The position numbers and the translations under genes were made by a program. Of a stretch of DNA of 64,000 nucleotides, positions 57,961 to 64,000 are shown piece after piece. The stretch's first letter is position 1, and each line of letters begins with the position of its first letter. The stretch spans positions 301,137 to 365,136 of the forward strand of contig JBBEAZ010000024.1 of assembly GCA_040882565.1 (NCBI GenBank). Direction: 5' to 3'. The notes beneath the pieces were generated by a model that saw only the letters and a program-made list of their open reading frames with translations, was not told the origin of the DNA and ran no database searches. This stretch comes from Dehalococcoidia bacterium. GTDB taxonomy: Bacteria; Chloroflexota; Dehalococcoidia; SM23-28-2; RBG-16-64-32.

Positions 57961-58506
57961 TTAGGCCGTAAACGGGTGAATGTGGATGACGCCGTCGCCG
58001 GGAGTCTCTAGCCCTGCCTGGAATGCCGGTATCAGTGGCTGCCTCTCGTCGCCTATGTAGACGGTGTATCCCGCGTGCCAGTGGTCTTCACCTATCAGCG
58101 GCGCAGCCCCGTCATGTACGTACGGCGGAGGTGTCGGGAACAGCGACCCGGAGGCATCGCTGCCCTCGTCACTCACGACCCCAAGCGCCAGGACGCCGAG
58201 GCCAGCCACTGCAGCAACGAGCACAACTGCACCAGCTAACTTCGCGGCGAGCGGCACCCCCAGCCAGGACCAACGTCTGCCGACGGGCTCAGCAAGGCGG
58301 GCCGCTTCCTCGCGGGTCGATACGCCGAGCTTCGAGAGGATCGATGAGACATGATACTTCGCACCGTCAAGGCTGATGCCGAGTCGATCGGCGATCTCTT
58401 CGTTGGTCAGACCAGCGCGCACAAGCTCGAAGACCTCGCGCTCCCGCGGTGTCAGTTCGTCTGTCACCATGCCCAAGATTCTGGCATGCGCGCCACCGCC
58501 GGACAC
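57961..58506 (-). CDS. membrane-anchored LuxR/GerE-family HTH regulator (probable start MVTDELTPRE near 58472)
   Basis: LuxR-type HTH (LTPREREVFELVRAGLTNEEIADRLGISLDGAKYHVSSILSKLGV), single TM, extracytoplasmic His-rich tail. Confidence 0.6.
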   Translation of the reverse strand: MSGGGAHARILGMVTDELTPREREVFELVRAGLTNEEIADRLGISLDGAKYHVSSILSKLGVSTREEAARLAEPVGRRWSWLGVPLAAKLAGAVVLVAAVAGLGVLALGVVSDEGSDASGSLFPTPPPYVHDGAAPLIGEDHWHAGYTVYIGDERQPLIPAFQAGLETPGDGVIHIHPFTA

Positions 58507-58540
58507 TACCCGAAAGCTGGGCGAACCTCCCAGCCGGTGC

Positions 58541-58858
58541 CTATCCGCTTAGCTTCACCGCCGTACCCGACGCCGAGACCATCATCATGTTGTTGCCGAC
58601 GGTCTCGTAGTCGATGTCGACGCCGACCACGGCGTCCGCGCCGAGAGCGACGGCCTTCTCTGTCATCTCGTTGATCGCCGTCTCGCGGGCCTCGTTCATC
58701 TTCTTCTCGTAGGACCCGGACCTGCCGCCAACCACATCGCGGAGGGCGGCGCCGATGTCGCGAAAGATGTTGGTGGCGACAATCGTCTCGCCGATGACGA
58801 TGCCGAGGTACTCGCCGATTGGCCTGTTCTGGATGTCGTGTGTTGTCGTGACGATCAT
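58541..58858 (-). CDS. YbjQ/UPF0145-family protein
   Basis: 105 aa, family pattern ([31 protein letters not shown]). Confidence 0.8.
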   Translation of the reverse strand: MIVTTTHDIQNRPIGEYLGIVIGETIVATNIFRDIGAALRDVVGGRSGSYEKKMNEARETAINEMTEKAVALGADAVVGVDIDYETVGNNMMMVSASGTAVKLSG

Positions 58859-58870
58859 TGGATTCTCCTC

Positions 58871-60037
58871 CTAGAGTGAGGCGTAGACGGCGGCGATTAA
58901 GGGTGCCCAGCGTGGGTCTTCGAGCACGCTGGTCTGGCGCATCATGTTCATCACGTACCCGAAGCCGATCCGCGCGTCCGGATCGGCGAACCCGAGCGAG
59001 CCGCCGGCGCCGCTATGGCCGAACGAGCGCTCACCCGGGCCAAGTGGGCTCTCGGCCGAGTTGATGAAATAACCGAGGCCCCAGCGCGTGTTCTGCATCA
59101 GCACCGCGTCCGGGCCCTCGCACTGCACCGTTGTCGCGCGCTCGATGGCTTCAGGCGTCAGGATCCGCGTGCCGTCCAATTCGCCGCCACGGGCCAGCGC
59201 GCCGTAGAGGCGGGCGACGGCGCGGCCGTTGCCCTGGCCGTTCGCAGCCGGTATCTCGGCGGCGCGCCACTCTCGGGTGTTCCGCGTAGCCGGCAACATG
59301 ATTTCAGGCGGGTTGGTCAGCGTCTTGAACGTGAGCGACGACGGGTCGGTGATCGCCTTCACGATGGGGATATCCGGATCGGGCGGCGGACCACCCGACA
59401 CCATCTCCGCAGTGCGTGGCTCATCCGCTTCCGGCAGGCCGATCTGGAAATCGATGACGAACGGGCCGGCTATCTCGTCGCGCAGGTAGGCGCCGACGGT
59501 CTTGCCAGTGATCCGGCGGATCACCTCGCCCACCAGCCAGCCATAGGTGAAGGCGTGATAGCCGTGCTTCGTCCCCGGCTCCCACCACGGCTCCTGGCGG
59601 GCGATCGCTGCGGTCATCACGTCCCACTGGAACGACGAGCCCATCGGCATGGGCTCGCTGAGCGCGGGCAGGCCCGCCTGGTGCGAGAGCAAATAGCGGA
59701 CAGGAATGCCTTCCTTGCCCGCCTGCGCAAACTCCGGCCAGTACGTGACGACCGGCGCGTCGAGGTCCAGCTTGCCTTCACCGGCGAGCCGGTGGGCACA
59801 TGCCGCGACAATGCCCTTCGTTGTCGACCAAACCGTGGCAATCGTGTCGCGCTCCCAGGGTCGCGTCCGCGCGCCGTCAGCGTGACCGCCCCAGATGTCG
59901 ACGACTGTCCGGCCATCGACGACGACGGACAACGACGCGCCGACTTCCTCGAACCTGTCGAAGTTCTCGCGGAAGGCGTCCTCAACGGCGCGGAAGCGCG
60001 CGTCGGTGGCGCCGGCGAAATTCGTAGTAGTCGTCAT
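58871..60037 (-). CDS. serine hydrolase of the beta-lactamase/esterase (class C-like) family
   Basis: SxxK (WSTTKG), YxN-like and HSG motifs; 388 aa. Confidence 0.8.
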   Translation of the reverse strand: MTTTTNFAGATDARFRAVEDAFRENFDRFEEVGASLSVVVDGRTVVDIWGGHADGARTRPWERDTIATVWSTTKGIVAACAHRLAGEGKLDLDAPVVTYWPEFAQAGKEGIPVRYLLSHQAGLPALSEPMPMGSSFQWDVMTAAIARQEPWWEPGTKHGYHAFTYGWLVGEVIRRITGKTVGAYLRDEIAGPFVIDFQIGLPEADEPRTAEMVSGGPPPDPDIPIVKAITDPSSLTFKTLTNPPEIMLPATRNTREWRAAEIPAANGQGNGRAVARLYGALARGGELDGTRILTPEAIERATTVQCEGPDAVLMQNTRWGLGYFINSAESPLGPGERSFGHSGAGGSLGFADPDARIGFGYVMNMMRQTSVLEDPRWAPLIAAVYASL

Positions 60038-60070
60038 GTCACTCCTCCGGCGGTACTGTAGCAGATGAGC

Positions 60071-60409
60071 TTAGGTGTACACCGTGAACTTCCACCACCG
60101 TCCTTCGAAGTGATCGAACGAGTGGTAGCCTTGAGGCTTGGTAGGCGCGCCGCCATCGCATCGGGCAAAGCCACTGGGGCCAACCAAGAACGAACCACCG
60201 GTGACAACGAAGACACAGTCACCCCGCAAGTAGACATCATCGACGTGGTACAGTCCCGCCCAATCGTCGGGGCCGCCACCGGTTGCCCCCGTGGCCAGGT
60301 ATTCATCGGCGACGCGGTTGAGGGCTGCTTCGCTCACATCAAATCTTGCATGCATGGGCAATTCGGCCCGGGCCGCCAGAATGAATACTGCCAGAGCCAT
60401 GCCGAGCAA
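60071..60409 (-). CDS. hypothetical small secreted protein (signal-peptide-like N-terminus)
   Basis: MLGMALAVFILAARA signal-like start; lower-GC region; overlaps the next ORF. Confidence 0.3.
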   Translation of the reverse strand: MLGMALAVFILAARAELPMHARFDVSEAALNRVADEYLATGATGGGPDDWAGLYHVDDVYLRGDCVFVVTGGSFLVGPSGFARCDGGAPTKPQGYHSFDHFEGRWWKFTVYT

Positions 60410-60743
60410 TCACGAGACTCGCGGCGACACTCACAGCCCTTAAGAAATTCTGACGCGCAAAGCCGGAAACCCCGAGGACGATAAGCGCCATTCCAAATGC
60501 ATACATCCCCAGGCAGGCAAAGAGCCATGCGAAGAAGAGAAGGTCTCCCACCATCAACGTTCCAGAGCGTTCGCTAAGCTCGAACAGCGACCAGAGCAAC
60601 CAGCTGAGTGCGATCGCTGAGCTGATTAGAAAGACAGCTCGGGGCGAGAAGTCCTCAACTGCCTGCGGGAACAGTGACCTCACGGCGACATCCCGAACTG
60701 ATCGGTGGGCTGATGGTGGAATTGGGTTGCAGTTCGACGACAT
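60339..60743 (-). CDS. hypothetical membrane protein
   Basis: 134 aa with 3 hydrophobic helices in a lower-GC (about 55%) stretch; overlaps 60071..60409, so only one of the pair may be real. Confidence 0.3.
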   Translation of the reverse strand: MSSNCNPIPPSAHRSVRDVAVRSLFPQAVEDFSPRAVFLISSAIALSWLLWSLFELSERSGTLMVGDLLFFAWLFACLGMYAFGMALIVLGVSGFARQNFLRAVSVAASLVIARHGSGSIHSGGPGRIAHACKI

Positions 60744-60749
60744 AGTTAT

Positions 60750-60800
60750 GCGAACTAAACGAATACAGGGGCGCGAAGTTCCGCGCCCCTGTATGTATGA
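60750..60800. terminator. hairpin terminator downstream of leuA
   Basis: 13-bp stem ATACAGGGGCGCG/CGCGCCCCTGTAT with 6-nt loop and U-rich flanks on both strands. Confidence 0.45.
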
Positions 60801-60812
60801 CGTTGATTTGGG

Positions 60813-62381
60813 CTAGGGGTTGCTGAGCGCCGGGCGCTCGGCGTGGTCGGGCATGTGCGAGATCGCCCGGTTGAGCGCGTTGAGCAGCGCCTTCGCCGAG
60901 GCCACCACGATGTCTGTATCCGCGGACCGCCCGACGAACGTGCGGCCGTCGGCCTCGATGCGCACCGTCACTTCGCCCTGGGCGTCGATGCCCTCGGTCA
61001 CGCTGTTCACGGCGTACTCGACGAGCTGGTTTGGGACGCCGATGAGCGAGTTGAGGCCCTGGTAGGCGGCGTCCACCGGCCCGGTGCCCGTCGAAGTCGT
61101 CGTCAGTTCCTCACCCTTTGGGCCGATTACACGCACCGTCGCCGTCGCCACCGCCTGGTTGCCACACGATACCTGCAGGAGGTCGAGCTTGTAGATGTCA
61201 TCAATCGCCCGGCGTTCGCCCGAGACCAGTGCGTCGAGGTCGCGGTCGTCGATCTCGCCCTTCTTGTCGGCCAGGTCCTTGAACGCGATGAAAACCAGGT
61301 CCATCTCGGCGCTCGTGATCTCGTAGCCCAGGTCGTCCAGGCGCGCCTTGAGGCCGTGTCGGCCCGAGTTCTTGTTGAGGACCAGGGTTGTCCCCCTCGG
61401 CAGGCCGATCGTCTCCGGGTCGATGATCTCGTACGTCTCGCGCATCTTCGTCATCCCGTGCTGGTGGATGCCCGACTGGTGACGAAAGGCGTTGATGCCG
61501 ACGATCGACTTGTTCGGCTGGACAGTCATGCCGGTGAGCTGCGAGACCAGGCGGCTCGTGCGGTGGATCTGCGTCGTGTCGAGACCGGTCGTGGCCTTGA
61601 AGTAGTCGGGCCGTGTCTTGATCGACATCACGACCTCTTCCAGAGAGGCGTTGCCCGCCCGCTCGCCGATACCGTTCACGCAGACTTCGATCTGCCGCGC
61701 ACCGGCCTGCACAGCGGCCAGGCTGTTCGCCACGGCCAGCCCCAGGTCGTTGTGGCAGTGCACGGAGATAGTCGCCTTGTCGATGTTCGGCACGTTCTTC
61801 TTGATGTCGTGGATGAACTGCGTAAACTCCTCCGGGATCGCGTAGCCGACGGTGTCGGGGATGTTCACGGTCGTCGCCCCGGCTTCGATCACTTCAGTCA
61901 GCATCCGATACACGTACTCCGGCACGGAGCGCGTGGCGTCCATCGGCGAGAACTCGACGTCTTCGCAGTAGCTCTTGGCCCGCGCCACGTTCTCGCGCGC
62001 CATCTGGAGGACGTTCTCCTTGTCCTTCTCGAGCTGGTGCATGATGTGGATGTCCGAGCTCGAGAGGAAGACGTGGATGCGCGGCCTCTCGGCGTGGCGG
62101 ACCGCCTGCCAGCAGGCGTCGACGTCATTCGCTACGGCCCGCGCCAGCCCGGCGATTACCGAGCCGCGGACCTCCTTGGCGATCGCGCTCACGGACTCCA
62201 GGTCGCCGGGCGATGAGGCCGGGAAGCCGGCCTCGATAATGTCGACACGCATGCGCTCCAGCGCGCGGGCGATCTCCAGCTTCTCTTCAACGTTCAGGGC
62301 GACGCCGGGCGACTGTTCGCCGTCGCGCAGCGTCGTATCGAAAATCAGTACGCGGTCTTCGTTTGCCATTTGGTCTCTCAA
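60813..62381 (-). CDS. leuA: 2-isopropylmalate synthase (likely start [19 protein letters not shown] near 62366)
   Basis: DTTLRDGEQ and HCHNDLG motifs, C-terminal LeuA dimerisation/regulatory domain. Confidence 0.9.
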   Translation of the reverse strand: MRDQMANEDRVLIFDTTLRDGEQSPGVALNVEEKLEIARALERMRVDIIEAGFPASSPGDLESVSAIAKEVRGSVIAGLARAVANDVDACWQAVRHAERPRIHVFLSSSDIHIMHQLEKDKENVLQMARENVARAKSYCEDVEFSPMDATRSVPEYVYRMLTEVIEAGATTVNIPDTVGYAIPEEFTQFIHDIKKNVPNIDKATISVHCHNDLGLAVANSLAAVQAGARQIEVCVNGIGERAGNASLEEVVMSIKTRPDYFKATTGLDTTQIHRTSRLVSQLTGMTVQPNKSIVGINAFRHQSGIHQHGMTKMRETYEIIDPETIGLPRGTTLVLNKNSGRHGLKARLDDLGYEITSAEMDLVFIAFKDLADKKGEIDDRDLDALVSGERRAIDDIYKLDLLQVSCGNQAVATATVRVIGPKGEELTTTSTGTGPVDAAYQGLNSLIGVPNQLVEYAVNSVTEGIDAQGEVTVRIEADGRTFVGRSADTDIVVASAKALLNALNRAISHMPDHAERPALSNP

Positions 62382-62529
62382 CCTCCATTTGTAACTCGTT
62401 CGGTGGGGGCGCTGATTACTGCACCCGGGAACGTCCGCTTGGGCCCCCTCGTCTGAAAATCAGACGGAGGGCCGGCTAAGGTTGAGGCTGCGGATTCGAA
62501 GTACCACTATCGTCTCTCGTTACGCCGCT

Positions 62530-63846
62530 CTACGGCGCGCCTCCCCAGCGGTCAGGGTCGTTGTCCGAAGGACGCGCCGGTGTGCTCCCCCAACGATCGC
62601 TGCTGCTACTGCTGTCTGCAGGTGGCGGCGCGCTCGGAGTGCGAGTCCACGGCGGTAGTGGCGGAGTTGGACTAGCCTCCGGTTCGTGGGCCGGCGCCCC
62701 GGGGTTGTCGTACTTGAACGGATCGTCAGGCGCCGTGTGTGACGGGTCGACCGCCGGCGCGCTCGCGTATGAGGGTGCGCTCGAAGCCGGCGCGGGCGCC
62801 ATCGTGGGCGCCTGGCTCGCGGACGACGCGACCGGCGCGCTCGCCGTCTTAGTCTTTGGTTTGAGCCACGGCATCATGCCCCGCAGCTCGGCGCCGACGC
62901 CCTCGATCATGTGCTCGGCGTTCTGGCGGCGCAGCGCGAGGAAGCTCGGCCGGCCGGCCTGGTTCTCCAGGATCCACTCGCGGGCGAACGCGCCACTGCG
63001 GATGTTCTGCAGCACCTGCTTCATGTTCTGGCGCACGTGGTCGTCAATCACCTTCGGGCCGCGGGTGTAGTCGCCGTACTCGGCCGTGTCCGAGATCGAG
63101 TAGCGCATGTAGGCCATGCCGCCCTCGTGCATCATGTCGACCAGCAGCTTCAGTTCGTGCATGCACTCGAAGTAGGCGATCTCCGGCTGGTAGCCGGCCT
63201 GCACCAGCGTCTCGAACGCGGTCTTTACCAGCGCTGTCACGCCGCCGCAGAGCACCACCTGCTCGCCGAAGAGGTCCGTCTCCGTCTCTTCCTCAAACGT
63301 CGTTTCGATGATCCCCGCCTTGGCTGAGCCGATCCCGCGGCCGTAGGCCAGCGCCATCTCGCGGGCGTTCTCGGTCGCGTTCTGGTGCACCGCGATGATC
63401 GCGGGTACGCCGTTGCCGTCGACGTACGCCTCGCGCACCTTGTGACCGGGCGCCTTCGGGGCGATCATCGTCACGTCGACGTCCGCCGGCGCGACGATCT
63501 GGTTGTAGTGGATGTTGAAGCCGTGCGCGAACATCAGCATGTTGCCGGCCTCCAGGCCGGGCTCGATGCTCTCGTAGTAGATCTGCTTCTGCACCTGGTC
63601 TGGCGCCAGCACCATCAGGATGTCCGCTTCGCGGGCTACTTCCTCGACCGTACCGACCCGCAGGCCGGCCATCTGCGCCTGCTGCCAGGAACTCGACCCC
63701 GGATAGAGGCCGACCATCACGTTCATCCCGCTATCGCGCAGGTTCAGCGCGTGGGCGTGTCCCTGCGAGCCGAAGCCGATGATCCCGATCGTCTTCCCCT
63801 TCAGCAGGTCAAGGTTCGCGTCGTTCTCGTAGTAAATCTTGGGCAT
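62530..63846 (-). CDS. ilvC: ketol-acid reductoisomerase with about 100-aa Pro/Ser/Ala-rich C-terminal extension
   Basis: N-terminal Rossmann ([17 protein letters not shown]), class I KARI core of about 330 aa, then low-complexity tail. Confidence 0.9.
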   Translation of the reverse strand: MPKIYYENDANLDLLKGKTIGIIGFGSQGHAHALNLRDSGMNVMVGLYPGSSSWQQAQMAGLRVGTVEEVAREADILMVLAPDQVQKQIYYESIEPGLEAGNMLMFAHGFNIHYNQIVAPADVDVTMIAPKAPGHKVREAYVDGNGVPAIIAVHQNATENAREMALAYGRGIGSAKAGIIETTFEEETETDLFGEQVVLCGGVTALVKTAFETLVQAGYQPEIAYFECMHELKLLVDMMHEGGMAYMRYSISDTAEYGDYTRGPKVIDDHVRQNMKQVLQNIRSGAFAREWILENQAGRPSFLALRRQNAEHMIEGVGAELRGMMPWLKPKTKTASAPVASSASQAPTMAPAPASSAPSYASAPAVDPSHTAPDDPFKYDNPGAPAHEPEASPTPPLPPWTRTPSAPPPADSSSSSDRWGSTPARPSDNDPDRWGGAP

Positions 63847-63849
63847 GGG

Positions 63850-64000
63850 CTTACTCCTCGCTTGAATCTGTCGTAAAAGAATCTAGCATCTCGCGGAATA
63901 CTTCGTCGTAAACACCGGGGTTTTGTGGCGGTGAACCCAAGCCCAATAGCCAGAAACGACCTCTCGAAACAAAAGCCACTGACGTGACGAGGACATCGGC
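63850..64000 (-). CDS. C-terminal fragment of upstream gene, possibly acetolactate synthase small subunit (window edge)
   Basis: Open frame ending ..[16 protein letters not shown] just before the GAGGAG RBS of ilvC; ilvN commonly precedes ilvC. Confidence 0.3.

Noticed and set aside
59015-60061. 348-aa plus-strand ORF
   Set aside because: Antisense to the SxxK-containing serine hydrolase gene
60843-62216. 457-aa plus-strand ORF
   Set aside because: Antisense to leuA
62480-62515. GGATTCGAAG motif suggestive of a tRNA T-loop in the ilvC-leuA spacer
   Set aside because: No pairing T-stem, acceptor stem or anticodon arm could be built around it

Overview
High-GC (about 65-68%) bacterial chromosomal segment, probably from a Gram-positive-type lineage (Actinobacteria or Chloroflexi/Thermomicrobia-like). 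Three things point that way: a T-box leader on ileS, a dnaJ-hspR operon, and a sortase-like sorting signal on a surface protein. Most of the window is core metabolism and cell-envelope housekeeping (fabF, folC, clpC, dnaJ/hspR, PBP2, scpB, mtaB, ileS plus tRNA-Pro, recQ, holA, leuA, ilvC). Two regions stand out. The first is a ~16 kb cell-surface polysaccharide locus at 31.7-47.8 kb. It carries dTDP-rhamnose genes rfbABCD, an initiating phosphoglycosyltransferase, TagA/WecG, GT4 and GT2 enzymes, a Wzx flippase, a Wzm/Wzt ABC exporter, a 922-aa methyltransferase-coiled-coil-GT2-GT2 fusion (resembling the WsaE chain-elongation/terminator enzyme of S-layer glycan clusters) and a 969-aa YfhO-like GT-C membrane protein. 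The second is a heat-shock operon dnaJ-hspR-X-clpC in which X is a ~50%-GC gene of unknown function, translationally coupled to hspR. A previously unnoticed family of ~90-100 bp interspersed structured repeats is present in five intergenic copies; each has two adjacent GC hairpins, copies show compensatory base changes, and each ends in G-tracts. Other notable items: an HTH-TM-PASTA single-pass regulator, a 50-aa zinc-ribbon ORF absent from the ORF track with a nested palindrome upstream, IlvC with a ~100-aa low-complexity tail, a CoA-transferase gene remnant, and a low-GC 30-aa insertion inside rfbD. Self-derived coordinates may be off by 1-2 nt; the ORF track uses alternative start codons shown as M.
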